45,620 nt of DNA from an uncultured Gammaproteobacteria bacterium (GCA_964367095.1 CAYIXE010000003.1:1-45620), one strand, 5' to 3'; shown: positions 19,989 to 30,148, counted from the stretch's first letter. Numbers and translations: made by a program. Notes: a model not told the origin generated them from the letters alone.

Positions 19989-21347
19989 TTAGACCCATAG
20001 TTTTTGTTTTATCCCCAACATCGCGTTTCGAAGGTGTTCATTTGTGGACAAATCCTTTGTAATGGTTTCTACACCATGCATGATGGTTGTGTGGTCGCGT
20101 CCACCCAAAAGGCCACCGATGTCTTGGTACGTAAGGCCAAGTTCTGTTTTTGCTATATACATAAATATCTGTCGCGGCCTTGCTATGGGCCTGTCGCGTT
20201 TCGGGCCCCGAAGTTGTGTGCTTTTGATTTCGTAATACGCTGCTACCGCATCCAAAACCTCCTGCGGATTTACGCGCCTGGTTGATTTGTTTGCTTGGCC
20301 CGCGGAAAGAGGCTTGGTGTTTAGGATTGCCGAGATGAGTTCTGGAGTAATTGGTTCGTTTTTTGAGGCACTTACTGTGGTAAGGCGGCGCAGGAATCCC
20401 TCTATGGCCCGCGCGTCCATGATGTTGGCGGCGATTAGCTGGGAACAATCATTGGGTACAACAAGCCCAAGCATCACGGCTTTAATGTTTATAATTGCCG
20501 CCCGAAGCTCAAAGTCCGGCTGGGAAATGTCTACAATAAGTCCCCCCTCAAACCGGCTTCGCAGCCTATCTTCAAGCTTTGATATTTCGTGCGGCGGCCT
20601 GTCTGACGTAAGAAGAATTTGTCCGCCTTCACGAAGCACCGCATTGAACGTGTGGAAAAATTCTTCTTGTGCCGTTTGTTTACCAGCTATAAATTGCACG
20701 TCGTCAACCATCAAAAGTTGGGCGCTTCTATATTTTTGTTTAAATTGACGGGCTGTTTTCGTTTGAATTGCTTCAATAATTTCGTTTAAAAATTCTTCTC
20801 CCATGCAATAAACGACCCGAAGGTTGCCCCTTGCAAGCATATTGTTTGCGATGGCGTGCATAAGATGCGTTTTCCCCACCCCCACCCCGCCATAAAGAAA
20901 AAGCGGGTTATATGCAGTTCCCGGACTTTTGGCGACGGCGGTTGCGGCAGCATACGCCAACTGATTGCTGGTTGATACTGCAAAATGATCAAAAGAGAGG
21001 TCCGGGCTTATATGATATCTTCGGGCCACAGAGGCGGCACTCGGTGTTTCAGACGTTGCCGTTTGAGAAAAAAGTGGCCCCAAAGAGGAAGAAGTTTCTT
21101 TTTTGGGGAGCACGGAAAAGACAAGACTCGTATTGCGGCCCGTTTTGTTGTCTAAAATGCTTTTAATCAAGCTGTAATAGCGGGTTTCGGCCAACGTGCG
21201 CATAATAGGACTTGGAAATCCAACAGAGACAACGTCGCCATCCGTTGAGAGAAGCAGAGAGTTTGCAAAATGAGTTTGATACGTGGCTTTTGAAACAGAA
21301 AGCTCTATTTCAGCCAGTACAGATTTCCAAAGTCGAGTAATGTCCAT
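19989..21347 (-). CDS. dnaA: Chromosomal replication initiator
   Basis: YNPLFLYGGVGVGKTHL, DDVQF, RLRSRF, GGRDHTTI. Confidence 0.98.
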   Translation of the reverse strand: MDITRLWKSVLAEIELSVSKATYQTHFANSLLLSTDGDVVSVGFPSPIMRTLAETRYYSLIKSILDNKTGRNTSLVFSVLPKKETSSSLGPLFSQTATSETPSAASVARRYHISPDLSFDHFAVSTSNQLAYAAATAVAKSPGTAYNPLFLYGGVGVGKTHLMHAIANNMLARGNLRVVYCMGEEFLNEIIEAIQTKTARQFKQKYRSAQLLMVDDVQFIAGKQTAQEEFFHTFNAVLREGGQILLTSDRPPHEISKLEDRLRSRFEGGLIVDISQPDFELRAAIINIKAVMLGLVVPNDCSQLIAANIMDARAIEGFLRRLTTVSASKNEPITPELISAILNTKPLSAGQANKSTRRVNPQEVLDAVAAYYEIKSTQLRGPKRDRPIARPRQIFMYIAKTELGLTYQDIGGLLGGRDHTTIMHGVETITKDLSTNEHLRNAMLGIKQKLWV

Positions 21348-21367
21348 AATATTGGGGCAAGAAGCAG

Positions 21368-21414
21368 TGTGGAAAAGTTATCCACATCCTACGGAATCAG
21401 CAATGTTTTGTCAA
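21368..21414 (-). promoter_or_regulatory. dnaA promoter with two adjacent DnaA boxes (autoregulation)
   Basis: Minus strand TTGACA (21414-21409)-17 bp-TAGGAT (21391-21386); boxes TGTGGAAAA 21368-21376 and TTATCCACA 21378-21386. Confidence 0.85.
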
Positions 21415-21455
21415 GAAGATGACCAGACGATCGCAGATGCGGTATAATACTCTAT

Positions 21456-21776
21456 ATGAATGATGTCACATTGCCAGACCGAATTCCCCCTTCTCTCTAT
21501 CGATTTTTCTGGGATGTAGATTCGGCAAAAGTGAATCCGCGCACTTCTCCAGACTATGTCATCAATCGGCTTTTAGACAAAGGAAATCTTGAAGCTGCGC
21601 GGTGGGTCTTGCATGCCATGCCGCGTCAGATTGTTATTGATGTGTTTAAAAAACGACGTGATTTTTCACCGCGTACTGGCGTGTTTTGGGCGCGGTATTT
21701 AGAAATTTCTGAAAAGGAGGTCGCATGTTTGAATCCGTCTTACCTCAAGGCGCGCAGACAGCACTGGCCGTATTAG
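21456..21776 (+). CDS. DUF6922-like putative antitoxin
   Basis: FFWDVD...YVINRLLDKG...FW pattern; overlaps the downstream nucleotidyltransferase gene. Confidence 0.75.
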   Translation: MNDVTLPDRIPPSLYRFFWDVDSAKVNPRTSPDYVINRLLDKGNLEAARWVLHAMPRQIVIDVFKKRRDFSPRTGVFWARYLEISEKEVACLNPSYLKARRQHWPY

Positions 21777-22360
21777 GCAAAAGCGGTATCGTACAGGATG
21801 GATATTTGGCCGGTGGCACGGCGTTAGCACTTCAAATGGGGCATCGGCAATCGGTGGACTTTGATTTTTTTTCTGAGAAAGCCTTTGATGCGCTAGAAAT
21901 GAGCCGCTCTTTACAGGCGCTCGGTTCGTTTAAAGAGGATACGGTAGAAAAAAATACGCTCCTAGGTACGTTCAATTCTGTTAAATATAGTTATTTTTAT
22001 TACCCGTACCCGATGATTCAGGCCACAGTGAAATATGTAGAAGTTTCACTTGCACACATACACGATATTGCAGCCATGAAGCTTGTTGCGATAACTGATC
22101 GGAATACAAAAAAGGACTTTATTGATTTGTATACATTGGTGAACCACGGTGTTTCGATAGACAAGATGTTTTCTCTTTACGACAAAAAATATCATGTATT
22201 TGACGCAAATACATTTACGCTGATAAAAAGTATGACGTTTTTTCTTGATGCAGACACTGATGATATGCCAGCTATGCTTACGCCCGTATCGTGGGAAGAG
22301 ATAAAGAAATTTTTTTCTGCAGAAGCTGTTCGGTTGGGGAAGAAATATTTAGAAGATTAA
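21725..22360 (+). CDS. AbiEii/AbiGii-family nucleotidyltransferase toxin
   Basis: YLAGGTALAL..GHRQSVDFDFF, IAAMKL.A..R...KDFIDLY. Confidence 0.88.
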   Translation: MFESVLPQGAQTALAVLGKSGIVQDGYLAGGTALALQMGHRQSVDFDFFSEKAFDALEMSRSLQALGSFKEDTVEKNTLLGTFNSVKYSYFYYPYPMIQATVKYVEVSLAHIHDIAAMKLVAITDRNTKKDFIDLYTLVNHGVSIDKMFSLYDKKYHVFDANTFTLIKSMTFFLDADTDDMPAMLTPVSWEEIKKFFSAEAVRLGKKYLED

Positions 22361-22372
22361 TACATTGCATTT

Positions 22373-23743
22373 ATGAGCATTGAAGAATTGCGTTTCAAAC
22401 ATCCACGCTTGGTATACCGTTCATACGATATTTTGTCTCATGAGGGAGGGACGACTATAACCTATGATTTTCTTCTTGAACCTGATATTTGGTTTCATCC
22501 CACAATAACAATTCCCCATAATGAAGCGTTTGATTCCAAACTATTTGAAAATTTTATTTTCCATATGGGTCTTTTAGAGGCCATGAGCTATTGGAAGCTT
22601 GCCTGTCCCAGAGAGCTGGTTATTGATGCGGGTCCTCTAGGCCCCACGGGAAAAAGATTTATTGAGGATCTCTTTCTTCATGGGCTTGGAGAATTTTATT
22701 ATACAAACGGAATAGATTTTACGATAGAAAACTTTGTTACTATTCTTTCAACGAGTGAAAAAGAAAAACCAGCTATTGATATAGCGACAAAACCTATTGA
22801 CCTTGTGTTGGTAGGAGGCGGTAAAGACTCGGCACTTCTTCTGTCCCTTTTGGCAAAAAGCGGCAGAATGATTAAGCCACTCGTGGTAAACCCGTCCACA
22901 GCAGCGTTAGAAATAATCCGTTCTTTATGCCTGTCTGATCCAATCGTGGTTACCCGAACACTCGATCCAAAACTTCTTGAATTAAATAAGAACGGTTATT
23001 TAAACGGACACACTCCATTCTCAGCTCTCTTGTCTTTCGTTGGCGTGACGGTTGCAGTGCTTTTTGGGTATGAAAATGTGATTGTAGCAAACGAACAAAG
23101 CGCAAATGAAGGAAATGTTATGTATAAAGGTATCGAGATAAACCATCAGTATTCTAAGTCATTGCGATATGAAAATCTGTTTCGTGAATATCTGCACAAA
23201 GCATTGACGCCGTCCATTTCATATTTTAGTGCCATGCGGCCATTTCATGATATTCAAATGAGCAAGATGTTTTCTCGTGTACCGGAACTCTTGCCGGTTT
23301 TTCGAAGTTGTAATACGCTGCGTGCTGTCAATATGTGGTGCGGCAATTGCGCCAAATGTGCATTTACATATCTTACCCTTTTTCCATTTGTTGCATATGA
23401 AAAAATGATGCAAATATTTGGTGATGATTATTATAAAAGACCCGCAATACTTCAATTTATTCGGGAGCTCGTAGGTGTAATACCCATAAAGCCGTTTGAA
23501 TGTGTGGGGACACGAGAAGAAGCGAAATTAGCGCTACTTCTTTCTTTGAAATCATATGAACAAGTAGGCAGAGAGATTCCGGAGGGACTCTTGCGTATAA
23601 AGACAGAGGCGGGATTTCAAGATGGCGACGCGGCGCAATTATCTCTGCATTTTTTTGATCACACAAGCGATATGCACAATGTGCCTGATGAGCACTTGAC
23701 ACTTATCATGGATGCGTGGATCAAATCACAGGAGAAGCAATGA
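22373..23743 (+). CDS. murL: UDP-MurNAc-L-Ala-L-Glu epimerase
   Basis: SYWK, GGGKDS (PP-loop), NGHTPFSA, NHQYSKS, FRSCN, WCGNCAKC, KPFECVG; translationally coupled to a murD homolog. Confidence 0.8.
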   Translation: MSIEELRFKHPRLVYRSYDILSHEGGTTITYDFLLEPDIWFHPTITIPHNEAFDSKLFENFIFHMGLLEAMSYWKLACPRELVIDAGPLGPTGKRFIEDLFLHGLGEFYYTNGIDFTIENFVTILSTSEKEKPAIDIATKPIDLVLVGGGKDSALLLSLLAKSGRMIKPLVVNPSTAALEIIRSLCLSDPIVVTRTLDPKLLELNKNGYLNGHTPFSALLSFVGVTVAVLFGYENVIVANEQSANEGNVMYKGIEINHQYSKSLRYENLFREYLHKALTPSISYFSAMRPFHDIQMSKMFSRVPELLPVFRSCNTLRAVNMWCGNCAKCAFTYLTLFPFVAYEKMMQIFGDDYYKRPAILQFIRELVGVIPIKPFECVGTREEAKLALLLSLKSYEQVGREIPEGLLRIKTEAGFQDGDAAQLSLHFFDHTSDMHNVPDEHLTLIMDAWIKSQEKQ

Positions 23744-25041
23744 AAAAAATTTTGCACCATGAAAGTGAAATACGCGGAAGCGATATTCTTATAGTGGGTT
23801 ACGGACGTGAAGGAGAAAGCGTTCATCGTTATATCATAAAAAATTATCCAAAGATGCGTGTGTCAATTGCAGATCAAAATTCAGTTGCCCCTTTGTTTCC
23901 TGTAGTAAAGATGTATAGCGGTAAACAGTGGTTATCCTCTCTTGACAATTTTCAAACCGTGGTGCGGTCTCCTGGAGTCCCAGACACTATTCTTGAGTTG
24001 GTGTCCTATAAAGCGAAAGGAGGGTTTGTCACAAGTTCAGCAAATATATTTTTTTCGCGGACAAAACAGATGGTAATCGGGGTGACGGGTACGAAAGGCA
24101 AAAGCACCACAACAAGTCTTATTGCTCATCTTTTGTCACAGAAAATGGCAGACGTTCGGGTAGTTGGAAATATAGGGAAACCAGTTCTTGATTATATTGA
24201 GGACGAAACAAAGGAAACGATTTATGTATTTGAAATGTCGAGTCACCAGCTTGCTGATATTCGATACAGCCCCCAGATTGCCATAATTCTTCCTGTAGTT
24301 TCAGAACATTTGGATTATTATGGTTCGTTTGAAAAATATTATGAGGCAAAGGCGCGCATAGTTTTATTTCAAACGAAAAAAGACAGCGTGATATACAACA
24401 AGGACGATAAAACAGCCAGGGAAATTGCGCAACGGTCTCTGGCCCGTAAAATAGCATACAACACAGAAAGTGGAAAGACGTATGCCAACGCTCCCCTTTT
24501 GGGGAATAAAGAAAATATTATGGCAGCATTTGCCTGTTGCGCCATTTTTTCTCTTTCATCGAAAGACATTGAAAAAGGGCTTTTTACGTTTGTGCCTCTT
24601 CCTCACAGACTCGAATTTGTCGGCAAATACAAAGGCATACGGTTTTATAACGATAGTCTCGCCACAATTCCGGAAGCTACTATACATGCCATACAGTCTC
24701 TTGGTGATAAGACGGAAACGCTTATTGCAGGCGGATTTGATCGCGGTGTTTCTTATGAAAAGCTTGTGGAATTTCTTGTTCACTCGTCTATAAAAACAAT
24801 AATTCTTATGGGGCAGACGGGGAAAAAGCTTGCCATTATGTTGAGATCAAATAAAGAGAGTCATATGAATATAATAGAAGCCTCCTCTATGGAAGCGGCT
24901 ATTCGTGCGGCATACAAAAACACTAAAGAGGGTAAAATCTGTGTGCTTTCCCCCGCCGCAACGAGTTTTGATCAATATAAGGATTATAAAGACAGAGGTG
25001 AACAGTTTGCCACTTGGGTAAGACGGGTTGCGGCCGAGTGA
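23740..25041 (+). CDS. murD: MurD-family ligase, probably the L-Glu-adding MurD2
   Basis: [55 protein letters not shown]; ATGA overlap with the murL stop. Confidence 0.88.
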   Translation: MKKILHHESEIRGSDILIVGYGREGESVHRYIIKNYPKMRVSIADQNSVAPLFPVVKMYSGKQWLSSLDNFQTVVRSPGVPDTILELVSYKAKGGFVTSSANIFFSRTKQMVIGVTGTKGKSTTTSLIAHLLSQKMADVRVVGNIGKPVLDYIEDETKETIYVFEMSSHQLADIRYSPQIAIILPVVSEHLDYYGSFEKYYEAKARIVLFQTKKDSVIYNKDDKTAREIAQRSLARKIAYNTESGKTYANAPLLGNKENIMAAFACCAIFSLSSKDIEKGLFTFVPLPHRLEFVGKYKGIRFYNDSLATIPEATIHAIQSLGDKTETLIAGGFDRGVSYEKLVEFLVHSSIKTIILMGQTGKKLAIMLRSNKESHMNIIEASSMEAAIRAAYKNTKEGKICVLSPAATSFDQYKDYKDRGEQFATWVRRVAAE

Positions 25042-25063
25042 AATTATCTGGTATACTACACAC

Positions 25064-25201
25064 ATGCCAAAACGCGTCTATCAACCAAAAAAGCTAAAAA
25101 GGAAACGAGTACACGGGTTTTTAAATCGCATGAAGTCGGCAATAAGCCGAAAAGTGTTAAAGCGCCGCAGGCTTACGGGTCGCAAGCGTCTTACCGTATA
25201 A
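25064..25201 (+). CDS. rpmH: 50S ribosomal protein L34 (absent from the ORF track)
   Basis: Own translation: [45 protein letters not shown]; stop overlaps the rnpA start (TAATG). Confidence 0.95.
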   Translation: MPKRVYQPKKLKRKRVHGFLNRMKSAISRKVLKRRRLTGRKRLTV

Positions 25202-25545
25202 TGCTTCCAAAACAGTACAGGATTTCTTCAAAAGACATGCGTCTTGTGTTGCAGCGTGGTAGATTTGTGCGTTTCAAGAGCTTGAAATTTGTCGTTCTTT
25301 CTTTGCCCATGAATGATTCCCCAAAGATTGGGTTTATTGTTTTGATGCGAACTGAGAAGAAGGCCGTTGCGCGTCATAAAATAAAGAGATGTTTGCGACA
25401 AGCCGCAATGTCTTTACTCCAAGAATTTTTGCCACCCTACGGATATGTAATAGTCGTTGATCAAAAAATAGTCTCCCCTTCGACAAAAACACTCATCCCT
25501 ATTTTGAAACAAACAGTCGCCTTATTGAATATGCCGAAGACATGA
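25201..25545 (+). CDS. rnpA: RNase P protein component
   Basis: [25 protein letters not shown] (RNR-motif variant); synteny with rpmH and yidD. Confidence 0.88.
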   Translation: MLPKQYRISSKDMRLVLQRGRFVRFKSLKFVVLSLPMNDSPKIGFIVLMRTEKKAVARHKIKRCLRQAAMSLLQEFLPPYGYVIVVDQKIVSPSTKTLIPILKQTVALLNMPKT

Positions 25546-25802
25546 AAAAACTTGTCCTTTCAAGCATTCTTTTTTATCAACGATTTTTATCCCTTGATAC
25601 TGGGATACTTGCGCCGCTATTTCACCGACTAACAGGTACTGCGAAGGGATCTTTTTGTAGATTTACACCAAGATGCAGTCAATACTCATATGAGGCAGTC
25701 AACAGCTATGGTATACTATACGGATTGTATTTGGGGGTGAGGCGAATAATGAAGTGTCATCCGCTTGGAAGATCTGGGTTTGACCCTGTGCCGCTAAAGT
25801 AA
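25542..25802 (+). CDS. yidD: Membrane protein insertion efficiency factor
   Basis: [10 protein letters not shown]...RIMKCHP...GFDPVP. Confidence 0.93.
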   Translation: MKKLVLSSILFYQRFLSLDTGILAPLFHRLTGTAKGSFCRFTPRCSQYSYEAVNSYGILYGLYLGVRRIMKCHPLGRSGFDPVPLK

Positions 25803-25827
25803 ATTGTTTAATATTACTATGGTAGAA

Positions 25828-26646
25828 ATGACATTTTGGAATCAATTTTTTGTTTGGCCGATCATTAATTTGTTAATGGTTTTTTATAAAGCATTTGAAA
25901 CCATACACGTGCCGGGGCCATTGGGGTTTGCCGTTATAGCACTTACCATCACTATTCGTTTTCTTCTCTACCCTCTTACACGCGCGCAACTGCGGTCCGC
26001 CAAGCAAATGGCAGGATTAAAACCGCACCTTGATGCACTTACCACAAGACACAAAGGTGATAAACCCGCTTTGCAGAAAGCACAAATGGATTTATATAAA
26101 CAACACGGAGTCAATCCTGCTGCCGGTTGTTTGCCGCTTATCGTTCAAATGCCGGTACTTATAGCGCTTTACAATGTGTTTTATCAAGTGCTGCAAAATG
26201 GAAATATGGAGAAGCTTGTCTCAGATATCAACACGGTGGTGTACCTTCCTGCGTTACGCATCCAATCATTTGATCTTTCGTTTTTTGGGGTAAGCCTTGG
26301 TTTGAAACCATCGTTATGGCAGACGCACGGTTGGTGGCTGCTTTCGATTCCCATAATCACCGCAGCACTACAGTTTTGGCAGAGTAAGTTGATGATGCCC
26401 TCCGTGAAGCCATCAGTCGTCAGCAGTCAGTCATCAGATAAAAAGAATCTGAAAGCTGAAGACGGAAAGCTGAAGACTGAGGAGCCAAAGACTGACACGG
26501 CGGCGGAGATGCAAAAACAAATGATGCTTATAACCCCCATTATGTTTGGCATGTTTGCCTTTCAGTTTCCCTTGGGATTATCTCTTTACTGGAACATATT
26601 TGGTCTTTTTGGTATCATGCAGCAATTGCGTGTAAATAAGGAATAA
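25828..26646 (+). CDS. yidC: Membrane protein insertase YidC/Oxa1 (short form)
   Basis: TIRFLLYPL, GVNPAAGCLPLIVQMP, GLSLYW. Start could be 25804, 25819 or 25828. Confidence 0.92.
   Translation: MTFWNQFFVWPIINLLMVFYKAFETIHVPGPLGFAVIALTITIRFLLYPLTRAQLRSAKQMAGLKPHLDALTTRHKGDKPALQKAQMDLYKQHGVNPAAGCLPLIVQMPVLIALYNVFYQVLQNGNMEKLVSDINTVVYLPALRIQSFDLSFFGVSLGLKPSLWQTHGWWLLSIPIITAALQFWQSKLMMPSVKPSVVSSQSSDKKNLKAEDGKLKTEEPKTDTAAEMQKQMMLITPIMFGMFAFQFPLGLSLYWNIFGLFGIMQQLRVNKE
26413..26483. repeat. Inverted heptamer tandem arrays inside yidC
   Basis: TCAGTCG TCAGCAG TCAGTCA TCAGATA ... CTGAAAG CTGAAGA CGGAAAG CTGAAGA CTGAGGA. Confidence 0.65.
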
Positions 26647-26651
26647 CACAT

Positions 26652-27122
26652 ATGGAAGACTCTATTGTGATTCAACACATCATTGAGACAATCTTAGAGA
26701 AGCTTGAGCTAATCGGATCAGTCGTTGTGACCACTGACGAAACAGGATCATTTCGCGCTGCAATTGAAACTGAAGAAACAGGGCTTCTTATCGGGTATCA
26801 TGGGAAAACACTTGAAAGCATGCAGGCTATAATTGGAATTATTGCCTCAAAAGAATTGGGAAGATGGGTAAAGATTTATGTAAACGTCGGCGACTATAGA
26901 GAAAAAAGAGAGGAAGCGCTTATGCATATGGCGCTAAGAGCTGCTGACCGTGCAATTTCTATGGGTCGAGAGGTAGATCTTCCTCGCTTGTCCCCATCTG
27001 AGAGGCGTATCGTTCACTTGACTCTTTCGGGAGATGATCGGGTTGAGACAGAATCAACCGGCGACGGCGACAACAGAACGCTTCTGGTAAGGCCAAGAGC
27101 AAAGACAGAGAGTACTATGTGA
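26652..27122 (+). CDS. jag: Jag/KhpB RNA-binding protein (KH + R3H)
   Basis: GLLIGYHGKTL KH motif; ERRIVH R3H motif; downstream of yidC. Confidence 0.88.
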   Translation: MEDSIVIQHIIETILEKLELIGSVVVTTDETGSFRAAIETEETGLLIGYHGKTLESMQAIIGIIASKELGRWVKIYVNVGDYREKREEALMHMALRAADRAISMGREVDLPRLSPSERRIVHLTLSGDDRVETESTGDGDNRTLLVRPRAKTESTM

Positions 27123-28435
27123 GTATGTGGGCAGAACGACTATCCGTGTATTTGATGCGTGTTCTTGTTTTTTGTATTCCGATTCAACTAGGGCTTCATT
27201 TTTGGCCGCAATGGGCACTCTTTTTAGGAAGGCGCATCGATTATCTGTCCCCCACTCTCTATCTTACCGATTGCCTGGCGTTTTCTGCCATGATTTTTTA
27301 TGCGTTCGCACGGGTGCGTTTCCAAAAGTTCAAGCGCCTACGGTCTAAAAAAAACATAGTGTATGGCGTACTTATTTTGATTGTTTTTTCTATAGCAGTA
27401 CTTAATATATTCAATGCTATCTCGTGGCAGGTTTCCGTTTATCGATGGATCAAAGTCGCGTTGTTTGGTTTTGTTACGTTTTATGTAGCAACCCACAAGA
27501 GTGAGGCGAAGCACTATCTTCAGGCGCTTGTAGCAGGAGCATTGTTTTCATCCGTGTTGGCGGTAGCACAGTTTGTGAAACAACAATCAATAGGTAGTAT
27601 TTTTTGGTTTGTAGGAGAACGTCTCTTTAGTATTAATACACCTCTTATTGCACGCGGCCACGTATGCATGCCGTTTACAGAGTCGTGTACATTAATGCTT
27701 CGTCCGTATGCGACATTTGCTCACCCGAATCTTTTGGGTGGGTATCTTTCAGTAGCATTATTTCTTTTGATTGCAAAAATACGAAAGAACCGTGTGCATA
27801 TTTTTACAATAGCAGCAATGATTTTTTTGGGCATTGCCCTTCTTCTTACCATGAGTCGTGCGGCGATTGTTGTCGCGTCTCTGCTTTTTATTTGGCGATA
27901 CGCATTTTTTATTCGCGATACGCCTCATTTGTTCACAAAGTGGATTGTGGTCGTGCCCTTTTTTATGATTATTGTGTCTTTATTTTTTGTGCTGCCGTTT
28001 AGCAGTACAGACGAAAGTATTCTTGTAAGAACGAATCTTAATTTTGCCGCGACACGAGTCATTGCCAATCACTGGGCGCTTGGCGTGGGCTTGGGAAATT
28101 TTGTTTTGTCGCTTAAGGGAATTCAAAGTGGTGTATTTTTTGCTACTATTCAACCCGTGCACAACGTCTATTTATTAGCACTAGCAGAATTAGGGCTTGT
28201 TGGGATTGTTGGACTGATTGGTGCTGCAGGAACATTATGGAGAACCATAAAACACAAAATGATACGTATGAATAAAGATGCATCTCTCTATGCCGCATCG
28301 CTTGCTGCCCTTGGTGCAATCGGTTTATTTGATCACTATATGTGGACGCTTCAGCAGGGACAATTGTTGACGTCAGTTTTTATTGGTCTTTATATTTCTT
28401 CACGCGTTCCGTCCGAGTATAACAATTGCAAATGA
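27119..28435 (+). CDS. O-antigen ligase/Wzy-family membrane protein
   Basis: RPYATFAHPN, SRAA, GVGLGNF, PVHNVYLLALAELG. Confidence 0.85.
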   Translation: MSMWAERLSVYLMRVLVFCIPIQLGLHFWPQWALFLGRRIDYLSPTLYLTDCLAFSAMIFYAFARVRFQKFKRLRSKKNIVYGVLILIVFSIAVLNIFNAISWQVSVYRWIKVALFGFVTFYVATHKSEAKHYLQALVAGALFSSVLAVAQFVKQQSIGSIFWFVGERLFSINTPLIARGHVCMPFTESCTLMLRPYATFAHPNLLGGYLSVALFLLIAKIRKNRVHIFTIAAMIFLGIALLLTMSRAAIVVASLLFIWRYAFFIRDTPHLFTKWIVVVPFFMIIVSLFFVLPFSSTDESILVRTNLNFAATRVIANHWALGVGLGNFVLSLKGIQSGVFFATIQPVHNVYLLALAELGLVGIVGLIGAAGTLWRTIKHKMIRMNKDASLYAASLAALGAIGLFDHYMWTLQQGQLLTSVFIGLYISSRVPSEYNNCK

Positions 28436-28439
28436 TACA

Positions 28440-29708
28440 ATGATGAGCATGAGCGTTTGGTTTAAAAAATCCTCCCCAATAGTGGCGCAAATTTCCGCAA
28501 ATGTTTTGTTTCAGCTTGCAGGGAAAATTGTTGGCGCAGGGACCACCTTTTTTATCACGCTCTATCTTGCGCGATTATTGGGCCCTTACGGGTATGGGGA
28601 CATTGTAAAGGTCATAACGTATGTGAGCGCCTTTTTTATAATTGCAGATTTTGGATTTAACGCTGTCTATTTAGTGGATTCACAAAAATCATACACACTT
28701 TCCTCTTTGTTTTTATTGCGACTAGCGTGGTCCTTAGTATTGCTTATCATAGCGTATGCATTTCTTCGTTTTCTGCCGATTGGCGTTTATGATGGGTATA
28801 CGACAGCGGTTCGATTGGGAATTTTTTTGTATGCGCCATCTATTATATTTCAATCAATTATAACGACTGCAAATGCGGTGTTTCAGAAATACCTGCGCTA
28901 CGATTATTCGTTTTATGCTGTGAGCCTCGGAAGCTTCGTAGGTCTTGTTTCTTTGTATGTTTTGTCGCGCGTCCCCTACTCGCCATCTTTTATCGGTGCT
29001 GGCGTGTATCTGAGCGCGAGCCTTAGCACAGCTCTTGTTGCGTTTTTTTATATGCGTAGACTCGAGAATATTTCGACGCGATATAGATTTTCATATATGA
29101 AAAAATTATTCGTCACTTCACTACCCATCGGCATTACGCTGGTCGCCAACCTTTTCTATGCACATGCCGATAGTTTCGTCTTGACACTTACTCGTTCAAC
29201 TGCTGAAGTGGGCACGTATGGGTTTGCGTATCGATTTTTTGAAACACTTTTGGTTGTCCCCACATTTATCATGAACGCGTCATATCCCGTACTTTTGGCG
29301 TCTAAAAAACGTTCAGTGGTGTCTTTTATGAATCAATACAGAAAACTTTTTACTTCTATGATTATTTTATCTATCACAATTGCGGTTGGGGTGTGGTTTA
29401 TGGCGCCGCTTCTTTCGATTGTGCGTCCAGAGTTTATAGAAAGCAGCAACTTTATACGAATTCTTGTACTGTCTTTGCCATTATTTTTTTTGTCTTCGCT
29501 TGTTATGTGGATGCTTCTTGTTTTTAACAAGCGATGGGAGTTGGCTTTTATTTACGCAATTGCAATGGTGATAAATATTGGCGCAAACGTGTTGCTGGTG
29601 CCGATTCATGGAGCACGTGCTTCAGCATGGATTACACTTTGTTCAGAAGCCCTTGTATTGGCGGCAACATATTCGGTATTATGGGCAGCATGGAGAGAAA
29701 ACTCTTGA
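28440..29708 (+). CDS. Wzx-type polysaccharide flippase (MOP superfamily)
   Basis: ARLLGPYGYG, ADFG, D..VL....VGTY..AYR; about 12 TMs. Start among 28440, 28443 and 28449. Confidence 0.85.
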   Translation: MMSMSVWFKKSSPIVAQISANVLFQLAGKIVGAGTTFFITLYLARLLGPYGYGDIVKVITYVSAFFIIADFGFNAVYLVDSQKSYTLSSLFLLRLAWSLVLLIIAYAFLRFLPIGVYDGYTTAVRLGIFLYAPSIIFQSIITTANAVFQKYLRYDYSFYAVSLGSFVGLVSLYVLSRVPYSPSFIGAGVYLSASLSTALVAFFYMRRLENISTRYRFSYMKKLFVTSLPIGITLVANLFYAHADSFVLTLTRSTAEVGTYGFAYRFFETLLVVPTFIMNASYPVLLASKKRSVVSFMNQYRKLFTSMIILSITIAVGVWFMAPLLSIVRPEFIESSNFIRILVLSLPLFFLSSLVMWMLLVFNKRWELAFIYAIAMVINIGANVLLVPIHGARASAWITLCSEALVLAATYSVLWAAWRENS

Positions 29709-30148
29709 AACACTACATTGTTCACACAGATGGCGGATCAAGAGGAAACCCAGGGAAGGCCGCAGTTGGCATCATCATTGATGAAAAAACTCCCGACGGG
29801 AATATTGTACGCGTTGAAAGCCATGGCGAGTATATAGGGGTTGCTACTAATAATGTTGCAGAATATTTTGCCGTTTCAGTCGCTCTTTCCCATTTGATTG
29901 CACTTGAGAGTAATTTGAAACACGATGAAAAGATATATGAATTTTATCTTGATTCGCTTCTTGTGGTACAGCAATTAAACGGCGTATACAAAGTAAAAGA
30001 CGCAACACTTCGTTCATTTGTGGTGTCTATCCGAACGCTCGAGCAAACACTGGGTGGAACAGTGCAGTACAAAGCGGTCCGTCGAGCATTAAATACTGAT
30101 GCAGATGCAGAGGTAAACAAAGTTTTGGATACAAGAGCTTCTGATTAG
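29690..30148 (+). CDS. rnhA: Ribonuclease HI family protein
   Basis: TDGGSRGNPG, TNNVAEY, DSLLVVQQLNG.YKVK, N.DAD. Confidence 0.88.
   Translation: MERKLLKHYIVHTDGGSRGNPGKAAVGIIIDEKTPDGNIVRVESHGEYIGVATNNVAEYFAVSVALSHLIALESNLKHDEKIYEFYLDSLLVVQQLNGVYKVKDATLRSFVVSIRTLEQTLGGTVQYKAVRRALNTDADAEVNKVLDTRASD

Noticed and set aside
18724-20748. Long + strand ORFs (142, 175 and 153 aa) opposite dnaN and dnaA
   Set aside because: Antisense shadows of conserved genes with no motifs; the same applies to most short overlapping ORFs in the track.
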